Origin: a virus
Virus record (IMG/VR): IMGVR_UViG_3300024348_000005
Span: 83,744-147,743 of that record
Reading direction: 5' to 3' (one strand)
Length of the DNA: 64,000 nt
Below the pieces are notes generated by a model that saw only the letters and a program-made list of their open reading frames with translations, was not told the DNA's origin and did not search any database. Position 1 is the first letter of the stretch, and every line of letters starts with the position of its first letter. A program made the position numbers and the translations under genes. This document shows positions 29,261 to 39,056 of this stretch, in pieces.

Positions 29261-30108
29261 ATTAAACTATTACTTGTTAAATTATTAATTATTGATTTAG
29301 CAATTATTTGATGGCACTCTTTAGACGGGTGAACATCGAAAACATTACGATTTTTATTTTTTCTAAAATCACCCTCAATGGTCATATCGTCATCTGATTT
29401 CATTAAACTCATTATTGTCCCGAACTCCTTATTATTATTTTTTATTTTTATTACCTTATCTTTAAAAAATGTGTCATCTTTTAAACAATAAAGTACATCA
29501 CCAAACCAAGAAATTATCTTAACATCAATTCCTTTTTTATTATAAAAAATAACCTTTTCCTTTAATCTTTTATTTTGTTTAATTAAATGCTGTTCCTGAA
29601 TATCATCAACGGTATAATTATGTAAATTACAATATTCATCAAACTCTTTACCACCGACAATATCGTCATCGATTCCGTTATATAGATGTGCATTTAATAT
29701 TTTTGTTTTATATGACACACCATTTAATTCAAATTCAAAATAACTTCTATATGGATTTGTTAATTGGATAATCATATGACTAAAGTCTTGATATGAAAAT
29801 TTACGTTCAACGTTAAATATATGATTGAAAAAATCAAATGTTTCATCTTCAGAACCACCATTACCTAATAATTGACCAACATCATCTTTACACACCTCGA
29901 ATGTATTTAAACCGTTAGCGACTAATCTTGGGAACCTTAATGAGTTTTTATGTCTAATCATCGCTTCAGTTATTACTCTTGAATTAAAAGAATGATTTTC
30001 CGATGTTGCTGGTAAATTTGAAAGGTTAGAGTAATGATACAACCCTTGCCCCCAAGTAAACGAACACCCACCAAATAATATACCTTTAATAGTTTGTCTC
30101 ATCCTCAC
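29257..30108 (-). CDS. SGNH-like protein (third paralog)
   Basis: GCSFTWGQG, NGGSED, DVHP. Confidence 0.7.
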   Translation of the reverse strand: MRMRQTIKGILFGGCSFTWGQGLYHYSNLSNLPATSENHSFNSRVITEAMIRHKNSLRFPRLVANGLNTFEVCKDDVGQLLGNGGSEDETFDFFNHIFNVERKFSYQDFSHMIIQLTNPYRSYFEFELNGVSYKTKILNAHLYNGIDDDIVGGKEFDEYCNLHNYTVDDIQEQHLIKQNKRLKEKVIFYNKKGIDVKIISWFGDVLYCLKDDTFFKDKVIKIKNNNKEFGTIMSLMKSDDDMTIEGDFRKNKNRNVFDVHPSKECHQIIAKSIINNLTSNSLI

Positions 30109-30718
30109 TAATTATTTGTATCAATGACGTTCTTAATAAATTATTATCAGTTATTTCCATAACTTCATGTTGTAAATTTGCCTCTTTAAAATTCAGTATT
30201 GCAACATTCCCAAATTTAGGTTCCACTTCAATCCTATTACCATCTAAATCGGTGATATATAACTCACCACCCATTCCCTTCTCCCAATTTTTAGTAAGGT
30301 AACAAATTAACGCACAAACTCTTGGAATATGTAAACCATCATTGTGATCCTTAATAAAACACCCTTTATTATAAAGTGCCAATTCAAAACCATTCTTTAC
30401 GAGTTTATATCTACCCCAAGTCTTTTCCAATGTTGGAAACGCATAATTAATTATTGTTTTTTCACCAAAAGAATAATCATATAACCATATCTGTACTAAA
30501 TCTTTCTCTTCTCTTATTAATCTTTCTTTTTCTAAGTTTGCCATTTCATAAGACATCATTTCAGTCCTATTTACGTTTTTCACTTCACCTATTGAATAAA
30601 ATACACAATAATTTTTACCAACATAATTGACATTACTTACCCTTTCTAAAATATTTTCATAATCAGGACCAAAAAATTCGTTTCCTGTCCCAACTATGTA
30701 TCCTTTACCTATTTTCAT
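30086..30718 (-). CDS. 2OG-Fe(II) oxygenase
   Basis: HND, YL...W....GGEL, HEV, distal R. Confidence 0.8.
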   Translation of the reverse strand: MKIGKGYIVGTGNEFFGPDYENILERVSNVNYVGKNYCVFYSIGEVKNVNRTEMMSYEMANLEKERLIREEKDLVQIWLYDYSFGEKTIINYAFPTLEKTWGRYKLVKNGFELALYNKGCFIKDHNDGLHIPRVCALICYLTKNWEKGMGGELYITDLDGNRIEVEPKFGNVAILNFKEANLQHEVMEITDNNLLRTSLIQIISEDETNY

Positions 30719-31695
30719 TAGTTATTAAATTCGTTTTTATGTTCCATATACCACACATACGCATTTTTTAACCCAACTTCTAATGGGGTTTTAGATTCCC
30801 AACCTAAGTTCTCTTTGATTTTATTTGAATCTATTCTACGTGTTGGAATCATAGATGGTTTACCCTGAATATATTCTGTAGGAGCATTATAGTCCACAAT
30901 ATGTTTCATTAAACCTAAAACATCATTTACAGAGTGTACTTCATTTGACCCTACGTTATATACTTGAAACATTTCCGTTTCTTTTTCCATAACAACCTGT
31001 AGAGCCTCTACGAAATCTTCAACGTAAAGTAAATCACGCAGTTCGCTACCATCTCCCCATACAGGAATTGGATTCATTTTATCAGCAACTTTACGAATTG
31101 TTGCTGGTGTTACGTGACATTTATTAAAATCGTACTTATCGTGTGGGCCAAACAAATTTGCTGGTCTGATAACCGTACATTTCATTGTTCGTGGTAAGTA
31201 TTTTGCATAAAGCTCACATTGAACCTCAGCATAACGTTTCATCCAACCTACTGGAAAATAAACGGGGTAAGGTTCATCAAATAAGAAATCAGTTTCGACA
31301 ACGGGTTCATCACCCTTTGGTGGATACACTGTGTTTGATGATATAAATATGTAATGTTCCACACCATTTCTCCATGACGCGTCAATTAAAAAATTATTCA
31401 TTGCCACGTTAGGTGTTACATGTGCTAAAGGGTCCACAACCGTATCTACAGCATTTGATGTTGAGGCAGCAGCGTGAAACACAACACTTACTCCTTCAGT
31501 TGCCTCTCGACAACCTTGATATGTTTGTAAATCATGTTGAGTGTATTCTACACCTTCATGTTTTGTTCTAACACCTCTTTTATGTAGGTTTACTCTGATT
31601 TCAGTATAACCTTCTTTTATTAATCTTGCGGTTAAATTTTGACCAACTAATCCCGAACCACCGGTGATTAATATTTTTGAATTTTTATTTATCAT
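30718..31695 (-). CDS. NAD-dependent epimerase/reductase, GDP-fucose-synthase-like
   Basis: TGGSGLVG, RPANLFGPHD, WGDGSELRDLLYVED; YxxxK position reads VGWMK. Confidence 0.8.
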   Translation of the reverse strand: MINKNSKILITGGSGLVGQNLTARLIKEGYTEIRVNLHKRGVRTKHEGVEYTQHDLQTYQGCREATEGVSVVFHAAASTSNAVDTVVDPLAHVTPNVAMNNFLIDASWRNGVEHYIFISSNTVYPPKGDEPVVETDFLFDEPYPVYFPVGWMKRYAEVQCELYAKYLPRTMKCTVIRPANLFGPHDKYDFNKCHVTPATIRKVADKMNPIPVWGDGSELRDLLYVEDFVEALQVVMEKETEMFQVYNVGSNEVHSVNDVLGLMKHIVDYNAPTEYIQGKPSMIPTRRIDSNKIKENLGWESKTPLEVGLKNAYVWYMEHKNEFNN

Positions 31696-33347
31696 ATTAT
31701 TTGTTTTTTTTTCAATTCTTTTTTATCAAATATAAAATCAATGAAAGTTAATCTTCTAAAACCATTTTTAACAGGATTAACAGCATGATTGGGGTTGTTA
31801 TGTGTGAAGTCTAACATTGAGAAATTACCTTTTATTGGAGTTAATGATTTTACATCTTTCCCTTCCATAATAACTAATTCACCACCATTAATATAGTCTT
31901 TTTCATCTGAAAGGTAAATTAAAACGACACATTTTCTTCCTTTATTTTCACCATCGTTATGTGGTGTGATGTGATCACCATCTTCATATATGGTGAACGC
32001 CGATTGATGTTCAATATTGTCTTTTAATTCAGGATAAATTTTAACCACATATTTCTCTACAATTTCTTTAAAGTAATCTTTAGATTTAGATAGGTCTCCG
32101 GTAAATTGTACACTTTCCCACCATTTTTGAACAACTTCTAAATTGTTATCTATAATAAATTGGTTACGTTCTTCTATTTCTTCTTTGGTTATAGATGGTT
32201 TATAATCACCCCCAAATTGGGAAAAGTTCCTATACTCATATCTATACAAATAATTCTCTTTTGTTTCTGCAGATTGATAAACAGGAGTAATATGTTGATT
32301 AAATTCATCCATATCAACACCTAACTCTTCAATCTTACCAAAATAATAACCAGATTTGATATAATCTTTTACTTTAAAATTTAGATTTGAATTATCAAAT
32401 TGAGAAATGTAATAATTATACGTGTTTCTTAATCCATCCTCAAAAGATTTTTTTGGTAATAAATCATAACTTTTTTGTTTGGTAACATCCATTTGTCTTT
32501 TTAAATCTCCATTTGGTTTCGATGGGTCCCAATTGATAGACAAATCTTTACCTGATATTTTTACCAAAGATTCAATCATAGATTTGATTGTTATTTCCAC
32601 ACCCGCACCAAAATTTACAATATCATTTATCTCATCCTCAAATAACTTTATACATGCGTCAGCAACATCACCACCGTAAACAAAATCACGAATCGGACTA
32701 CCATCTCCCCAACATTCAATACTACCTTCAGATTCCCATATTTTTTTAACGGTAGATGAAATCACGGTACCATTACCACTAAAATCGTCATAGTCACCAT
32801 ATATGTTAGCCGGTCTAATTATTGACCACTTTTTATAATCATATTGAACTTTATATGCCTCTAATAATATTTCTCCCATTCTTTTAGACCAAGAAGGAAA
32901 CCAGTCGTGTTCAGATGGCAATGTTTTCCAAACATCAGATTCAACAAACGTTTCTGCGGGAGAATAAACACCAACTGAGCTCATGAAAACCAACCATATA
33001 TTTCTTTTTGAACATTGATTAATTATCTCTGTGTTAATTTTGAATGATGGATATAAAAAGTCAACTGGTTGTGTTTTAGCTCTAATAGGTGAACCTTTTA
33101 TACCAAACGCGTTAATTACTACGTCCGGATTATGTTTATCAAATAACCCAATTAAATCAAGTTCATTTGTTAAATCAACCTTTTCATATGTAAATCTATT
33201 TTTATATAAATCACTTAAGTTTATGTTAGATTCTTTAATATCAGCACCAATCACAAGGTACATCTTATCACTCTGATGTCTTAAAAGTTTTTCAATTAAG
33301 AATTTTCCAACTAATCCGTTACAACCGGTTACTAATATTTTTTTCAT
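31692..33347 (-). CDS. GDP-fucose-synthase-like SDR fused to a C-terminal 2OG-Fe(II) oxygenase
   Basis: TGCNGLVG, RPANIYG, WGDGSPIRDF, KPNG; then HNDG...GGEL...HAV...R. Confidence 0.8.
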   Translation of the reverse strand: MKKILVTGCNGLVGKFLIEKLLRHQSDKMYLVIGADIKESNINLSDLYKNRFTYEKVDLTNELDLIGLFDKHNPDVVINAFGIKGSPIRAKTQPVDFLYPSFKINTEIINQCSKRNIWLVFMSSVGVYSPAETFVESDVWKTLPSEHDWFPSWSKRMGEILLEAYKVQYDYKKWSIIRPANIYGDYDDFSGNGTVISSTVKKIWESEGSIECWGDGSPIRDFVYGGDVADACIKLFEDEINDIVNFGAGVEITIKSMIESLVKISGKDLSINWDPSKPNGDLKRQMDVTKQKSYDLLPKKSFEDGLRNTYNYYISQFDNSNLNFKVKDYIKSGYYFGKIEELGVDMDEFNQHITPVYQSAETKENYLYRYEYRNFSQFGGDYKPSITKEEIEERNQFIIDNNLEVVQKWWESVQFTGDLSKSKDYFKEIVEKYVVKIYPELKDNIEHQSAFTIYEDGDHITPHNDGENKGRKCVVLIYLSDEKDYINGGELVIMEGKDVKSLTPIKGNFSMLDFTHNNPNHAVNPVKNGFRRLTFIDFIFDKKELKKKQII

Positions 33348-33979
33348 TTTTTACTTATAAAATTTATGTATGTTAATCTTTTAAAATCGTTTTTCACTGA
33401 AGTAACTTCATGAGTTACGTTGTTTTGTGTAAAATCTAATATAGTAAAATTTTCGTTAATTGGGTACACTTCTTCAATGATACCATTATTCTTTATAATC
33501 AATTTTCCACCCCCATCATTATATGTTTGTGAATCCGATAGGTAGATTAAAAAAACACAAATTCTACCTTCATTAAAACCATCTTTATGTTCATTTATAA
33601 AGTCACCATTTTCAAATAGAGTTACATCATCCATATGAACTAAATCACCAAGGTCCCCATAATTTTCATTTATAAAATTGGTAATACTCTTTCTAAAATA
33701 ATTTTTTAGGGGTATTAATTTATCACCACTATACTGCCACCATCTTTGAAATGTACTTAAATTATTATCTCTAACGAATTGTTCCCTCGTACTAATTTCA
33801 TTTAAACTAATTAACATTTCATATGGTATTGGGTCTTCATAATCAAAACGATACCTAAATTCATTCTTATCGTTAACTAATTCATTTGTTTTTAAACAAT
33901 AATCTTTGAATATCGACAGTTCAGAAAATAACTCCACATTTTTACCAACATAATACCCGTCTTTAAATAAATTATTCAT
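33344..33979 (-). CDS. 2OG-Fe(II) oxygenase, paralog of the C-terminal domain of 31692
   Basis: HKDG, IYLSD, GGGKL, HEV, R. Confidence 0.8.
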   Translation of the reverse strand: MNNLFKDGYYVGKNVELFSELSIFKDYCLKTNELVNDKNEFRYRFDYEDPIPYEMLISLNEISTREQFVRDNNLSTFQRWWQYSGDKLIPLKNYFRKSITNFINENYGDLGDLVHMDDVTLFENGDFINEHKDGFNEGRICVFLIYLSDSQTYNDGGGKLIIKNNGIIEEVYPINENFTILDFTQNNVTHEVTSVKNDFKRLTYINFISKK

Positions 33980-35681
33980 TTTTATGGATTAAACTTTTAA
34001 AATAGATTTCATCTCTTTTTGAATTATCAATATCTACTATTTTATTTTTATTGTCGATGAATCTTTGCTCGTTATTTTTATAAAATTCAATAACTTGATT
34101 TTTGTTTTTTAACAATCTCAAAATTTCATTAAAAACAAGTATAAACCTTTTTTTATCGTCTGGTTCATTATCATAATCGTGATTTACGATGTCATCAAAT
34201 AAATCAAATCCAAACCTATCTTTAAGTGTTTTTACGTGGTTATAAGACGAAACAAAAATAGGTAGTTGGTAAAAATAGAACGGTTTCATTGATTTTTCTG
34301 TGATGTGAATTTCTGGCCTGTCATAACAGGATTCGGTTACTATATTAACATAAGAACCCTCAAAGGTTCTATTCTCATATATATTTTTCCAATCAACCTG
34401 TGCATGATCACTCGTGTCATCAAACCACCCCTTTTCATTTTCAAAATTACTTTTCTTTATATCAATATCATTAAGTGTGTCTATTTCTGATTTTAACATA
34501 TCACACTCTTCTTTTGTGAATATCGGAGAATAGAACGGATAGTCGGGGTTAAACTTAAGTTGTTTCTTCCTATACCAACCATAGACTAAAGACCAATCCA
34601 CCTCATTTAAAATATTATTCTTCATCATTAATGCAAGTAACCCATATCTATGAGGTTTAGGACTTCTATTGTGACACATAAAAAAATTACCGGTTTTATC
34701 TGGTATAAATCTCGGTTCACCAAATTGGACCATGTGGTCACAAATAAATTTGACTAAAAAATCTAAAGAATAAACGTTTAAATCTGTGTTAAGTTCTTCT
34801 TTATATTGGTTTAATTTTGAATTATTATTCCATATGTAGATTCTTTTAGAATCCAAATTTTCGTTTTTACAAATCGTATCTACTTGTGAAATGAAATTTT
34901 TTGTTTCATACTCGTGCTCGTTTAAAAGTACAATATTAAAATTTGGGTACTGTAAAAAACATTCTCTAACTTTAACAGGTAATGGTAATGTTTGTTCATC
35001 TGAAATATGGTGACTGATATTATCACTATTAATAAAATAATAGTAATTTTCGTTTGGATTATCAAAAACCTCATCTAATGTGCAATTTTTGATGTTACTG
35101 AACATTTTGTAAAATCTAAAAAAACCTATAACTATACGATATCTTCTTTTATTTGGTTCCTCATGTAAATTTGGGAAATACGTGCCAATATCTTCGCTCC
35201 ATTTATCATAGACAACATTAAGAGTCTTTTGTTTTTTTATATTAATTAGATTATTGAAAAATGAATTATTTATCTCCTTTTCATCTAAAACATAAAATCT
35301 TTCAGTTGGTAAATTAATTTTTGTTATTACTTTAGTCACATCCTTAAAAATTTTTGGATCACCAATAAAGATAATTCTAAGATTATCGTGGTTCCAATAC
35401 ATGTTTCTTAATTTTGTTTCTAACGGCAAATCATCGTGCCCAATGTCTTGAGTTACAATGTTGAATGTTTCAAACCCATTTAATATATAAAAATAATCTT
35501 CATTTGGATTTTCAGAAATAGAATCTAAAGTACATTTTCTTATATTATTAATACCGATATTTGATAACACCAATTTTATACCTTCAAATTTCTCATCTTC
35601 ATTTTTTTTGATACCATTATAATAGTGTAATTCATTTACTCTATCATAATCACCATATATCACATTAAAAAAATACCCCAT
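33972..35681 (-). CDS. HR/TEK-family glycosyltransferase-like protein with duplicated N-terminal domain
   Basis: CHNRSPKPHR, NIVTES, HITEKSMKPF; CTLD...NPNE.Y.Y occurs twice. Confidence 0.6.
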   Translation of the reverse strand: MGYFFNVIYGDYDRVNELHYYNGIKKNEDEKFEGIKLVLSNIGINNIRKCTLDSISENPNEDYFYILNGFETFNIVTQDIGHDDLPLETKLRNMYWNHDNLRIIFIGDPKIFKDVTKVITKINLPTERFYVLDEKEINNSFFNNLINIKKQKTLNVVYDKWSEDIGTYFPNLHEEPNKRRYRIVIGFFRFYKMFSNIKNCTLDEVFDNPNENYYYFINSDNISHHISDEQTLPLPVKVRECFLQYPNFNIVLLNEHEYETKNFISQVDTICKNENLDSKRIYIWNNNSKLNQYKEELNTDLNVYSLDFLVKFICDHMVQFGEPRFIPDKTGNFFMCHNRSPKPHRYGLLALMMKNNILNEVDWSLVYGWYRKKQLKFNPDYPFYSPIFTKEECDMLKSEIDTLNDIDIKKSNFENEKGWFDDTSDHAQVDWKNIYENRTFEGSYVNIVTESCYDRPEIHITEKSMKPFYFYQLPIFVSSYNHVKTLKDRFGFDLFDDIVNHDYDNEPDDKKRFILVFNEILRLLKNKNQVIEFYKNNEQRFIDNKNKIVDIDNSKRDEIYFKSLIHKNE

Positions 35682-35692
35682 ATTAATTTCAT

Positions 35693-36856
35693 TTATATTA
35701 AAGATTCAAAATAATTGTAATCAGTTCTATCGTTTATTATGTTTGAAACGATTTCATTATTTTTTAAAAACCTTTCTTTATTATTTATGATGAATTTTTT
35801 AATTTCATCTCTATTATTATAAATTCTATTTATTTCATCACAAACAAGTGAGAATCTCTTTTTAAAGTTAGTTTCATTATCATAATCGTGATTAACCACA
35901 TCCTCAAATAAATCAAACCCATATATTTCTTTTAGATTCTTAACATGAAATGCGGAAGATAAAAATATAGGTATTTGATAAAAAAAGAACGGTTTAAAGG
36001 ATTTCTCAGTTATATGTACATCTTCAGTAATGAAATTTGTTTCCGTTGTAATATTAAGATATGCATTACGAAACGTATCCTCACAAATGAAATCACCAAG
36101 ATCACCAAATTTAAAGACATGGTCAATTTCATATTTACTTTTCACGTTACCATTTTTTAAAATAATTTCAATTTCTTCTTTTAATGTTGGAGATAAATTA
36201 TAATCCACATTTGATTCCGAATCGAACATAAATGACCAGTCGACATCATTGATAATGTTTGTTTTTTTAAGAAACGCCAATACCGCAAGTCTGTGTGATT
36301 TCATTCTTTTATTATGACACATAAATAAAAATTCACGATTTGTAGAAAATTCTATTTTATGTTTATTTAATAGTTTTGAATAAAAGATTGGTAAATATTT
36401 TGTGGACAACACGTTAATGTTACTATTGTATTTTGATTTATAAAAATTTAAAAGAGAATTATTATTGATTAAATGTATTTTTGTCCCATCAATATTATGT
36501 CTATCTATAAAATCATTTAATTTTATGAAATTTTCTTCGTCAATAGACTCGTGCTCACTTAATAAAACAACATTTACATTATTTAATGTTTTTAATGAGA
36601 CCATTAATAACTCCGTAAATGGAATTGTATTTTCAAAAAAACTAAATGTAGATAATTTTGAAATAAAATAATAATATTTTTCATTAGGATTATTAAATGC
36701 ATCAATTAACTTAGATTCATTTATTTCTTTGAAATTAAAATATTTAAAATGTTTTTTTAAATACAACATTCTTTCCTCATCACTACCTTTAACAAAGTAA
36801 TAACTCAAATCTATATCATCTAAATTATCCTTAATAATATTTAAAAAATTACCCAT
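35693..36856 (-). CDS. HR/TEK-family glycosyltransferase-like protein
   Basis: CHNKRMKSHR, NITTET, HITEKSFKPF; start chosen at MGNFLN. Confidence 0.6.
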   Translation of the reverse strand: MGNFLNIIKDNLDDIDLSYYFVKGSDEERMLYLKKHFKYFNFKEINESKLIDAFNNPNEKYYYFISKLSTFSFFENTIPFTELLMVSLKTLNNVNVVLLSEHESIDEENFIKLNDFIDRHNIDGTKIHLINNNSLLNFYKSKYNSNINVLSTKYLPIFYSKLLNKHKIEFSTNREFLFMCHNKRMKSHRLAVLAFLKKTNIINDVDWSFMFDSESNVDYNLSPTLKEEIEIILKNGNVKSKYEIDHVFKFGDLGDFICEDTFRNAYLNITTETNFITEDVHITEKSFKPFFFYQIPIFLSSAFHVKNLKEIYGFDLFEDVVNHDYDNETNFKKRFSLVCDEINRIYNNRDEIKKFIINNKERFLKNNEIVSNIINDRTDYNYFESLI

Positions 36857-37473
36857 TTCCCCGTTCCGTAGTGCGGCCACTCTTTTTTATAATCATACCA
36901 AATAACATCTGAAGGAACCTCACTTTTAACTTTCCATGTTTCCACTGTTGGAGTGTTGGTCGATACACCATTATCCTCAACAACAAATTTTATTGGTAAA
37001 TCAAAATTTTTGGCATACTTGTAGTTTTCCATAAATCCACCAGTTTCAAATGCCATGTCACCAACAAAACACCAAACAGTTTCATTATTATCCTCTATTT
37101 TATTTGCCATAGCAACACCAACAGCAATCGGTATTATAGCACCAACAATTGCAGATGCATAGAATTTCTCATCTTTATTTACTAATGTAATTGACCTACC
37201 GTCTAATATTTCTTGTTCAATCCATTCAGATGGTACACCTTTAAGTAACGCATGGTAATGAGATCTCCAAGTTGAAAAAACCCAATCGGGTTTCTTAATG
37301 TATTTGAATATTTCAATTAACTCATCTTCATTACCACCACTTAAGTGAATCGGTCCCCTAACTCTTCCGGATTCCCAATGATCCGCCATTTTTCTTTCAA
37401 ACTGAATAAGTCCCGCTTTATCCCATAATGGTTTGTTTACCATCGGTAATGAATCTATTAAATTTTTTATCAT
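36841..37473 (-). CDS. ThDP-dependent dehydrogenase E1-alpha-like subunit (short)
   Basis: HLSGGNE, STWRSHYH, GDMA...EDN ThDP-binding motif. Confidence 0.85.
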   Translation of the reverse strand: MIKNLIDSLPMVNKPLWDKAGLIQFERKMADHWESGRVRGPIHLSGGNEDELIEIFKYIKKPDWVFSTWRSHYHALLKGVPSEWIEQEILDGRSITLVNKDEKFYASAIVGAIIPIAVGVAMANKIEDNNETVWCFVGDMAFETGGFMENYKYAKNFDLPIKFVVEDNGVSTNTPTVETWKVKSEVPSDVIWYDYKKEWPHYGTGKWVIF

Positions 37474-38006
37474 CTGTCTCTTTTTTGTAATATTGGATTA
37501 TTTGTTGGCCATTCCATTTGATATTCGGGGTCATTCCATTTAACAACACCTTGTTCATTTGCATCAACATAACCATCTTTATAAAATAGGTTATAATGAA
37601 ACATACAATCGGTTAATGCGTAATGACCATTGGCAAATCCTGGAGGAACCAATACTTGATTTCTATCTTTCTCGGTAATCATAAAGGATTCCCACTCACC
37701 AAAGGTATCTGATTTCGGTCTCATATCTAATACTATTAAATATATATCACCAACTGCGGCTTGTACTAATTTCCAAGTCTTATTGTCCCAATGTAACCCT
37801 CTCAATACACCTTTGTACGATTTTGAAAACCTACCATGTACTTCGTTTCCTTCACCTATTTTTTGCATAACAGGATGTTCACCTGAATGAAAAGTTGTGA
37901 ATATCTCACCCCTATATTCTCTATAAATTGATGGTGTATATGTTGGTACTTCGTAACCAAATTTTTTTGATGGAGTAATTTGAAACTCATTCCATTTATT
38001 ATTCAT
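37470..38006 (-). CDS. rfbC: dTDP-4-dehydrorhamnose 3,5-epimerase family
   Basis: RGEIF, SYKGVLRGLH, LDMRPKS.TFG.W, VPPGFANG, WNDP. Confidence 0.85.
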   Translation of the reverse strand: MNNKWNEFQITPSKKFGYEVPTYTPSIYREYRGEIFTTFHSGEHPVMQKIGEGNEVHGRFSKSYKGVLRGLHWDNKTWKLVQAAVGDIYLIVLDMRPKSDTFGEWESFMITEKDRNQVLVPPGFANGHYALTDCMFHYNLFYKDGYVDANEQGVVKWNDPEYQMEWPTNNPILQKRDR

Positions 38007-38007
38007 A

Positions 38008-38979
38008 TTACATGTTGTTTGCGTATCCTAAAGGAAAACCATTTCTAAATTCCGCACCCATTTTTGGTACAATCATTTGATAAGCCATTATTAATTCTTC
38101 AATACCCATATCAATATCCCACTTAGGAGACCAACCAGTCGATTCAATCTTTGCATTTGATACAATATAATCCCTTTTGTCGGGATCTTCGTAATAGTCG
38201 TTATATGAGACAGCAAAGTTTTTAACGTGTGATTGAATCTTCTCAAGTAATTCTTGTTTACTTAAATTAGCAGTACTTAAACCCACGTTAAAAATCTCAC
38301 CTTTATGTTGTTCATAATTTTCTAACATAAACAAGAATACATTTGCAACGTCTTGAATGTGAATGAAGTTTCTTTTAAAATTCTTTTCAAATACCACAAT
38401 GTATTTGTCAGTAATAGCTTTATAGGTAAAATCATTTACCAATAAGTCCGTTCTCATTCTTGGTGAAACACCAAACACAGTTGCCAATCTAAAAATGATG
38501 GCATTGGTATTTGATTTTAAGAAATTTTCTGCTGAACATTTTGTTGTGCCGTATATTGAAATTGGATTTAATGGTGATTCTTCGGTACATTCAGTTTGAC
38601 CCACACCAATACCATATCCACTATTTGTATTAGGATATAATATTTTTATATTTTTATCTTTGGTGAATTTAACTATGTTGAAAATCTGGTTAAAGTTAAT
38701 TTCCTTAGCTAATTCTGGTTCTGCATCACACGCAGGAAACCCAACAATTGCGGCTAATGGAATTATAACGTCAACCTCATTACAAAGTTTTTCCAATAAC
38801 GATTCGTTTCTAACATCTCCGTGAATAAATTTAAAATTAGGATTTGATGTATAAACTAATAAAGATGTTTGATTGAATATCAATTTATCCAAAACAACTA
38901 CTTTGTGTCCGGCATTTAACATTTTTCCGGTAATTACGGAACCAAGATATCCAGCTCCACCTGTGATTAGTATTTTCAT
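38008..38979 (-). CDS. NAD-dependent nucleotide-sugar epimerase/dehydratase
   Basis: TGGAGYLGS, LAAIVG, YGTTK, RLATVFG.SPRMR.DL. Confidence 0.88.
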   Translation of the reverse strand: MKILITGGAGYLGSVITGKMLNAGHKVVVLDKLIFNQTSLLVYTSNPNFKFIHGDVRNESLLEKLCNEVDVIIPLAAIVGFPACDAEPELAKEINFNQIFNIVKFTKDKNIKILYPNTNSGYGIGVGQTECTEESPLNPISIYGTTKCSAENFLKSNTNAIIFRLATVFGVSPRMRTDLLVNDFTYKAITDKYIVVFEKNFKRNFIHIQDVANVFLFMLENYEQHKGEIFNVGLSTANLSKQELLEKIQSHVKNFAVSYNDYYEDPDKRDYIVSNAKIESTGWSPKWDIDMGIEELIMAYQMIVPKMGAEFRNGFPLGYANNM

Positions 38980-38985
38980 ATTTAA

Positions 38986-39043
38986 AATATACAAAAAATA
39001 ATCTTAATTACAAATTGTTATTACGGATTTTTTTATTTATATT
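38986..39043. promoter_or_regulatory. Divergent sigma70-like promoter pair
   Basis: Plus strand TTGTTA(39015)-N17-TATATT(39038); minus strand TTGTAA-N16-TATATT (39013 to 38986). Confidence 0.5.
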
Positions 39044-39056
39044 TTATCATAATATT

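Noticed and set aside
27055-38979. Minus-strand block as an invertible or mobile element
   Set aside because: No recombinase or transposase is present and I saw no flanking inverted repeats; a divergent promoter pair explains the orientation.
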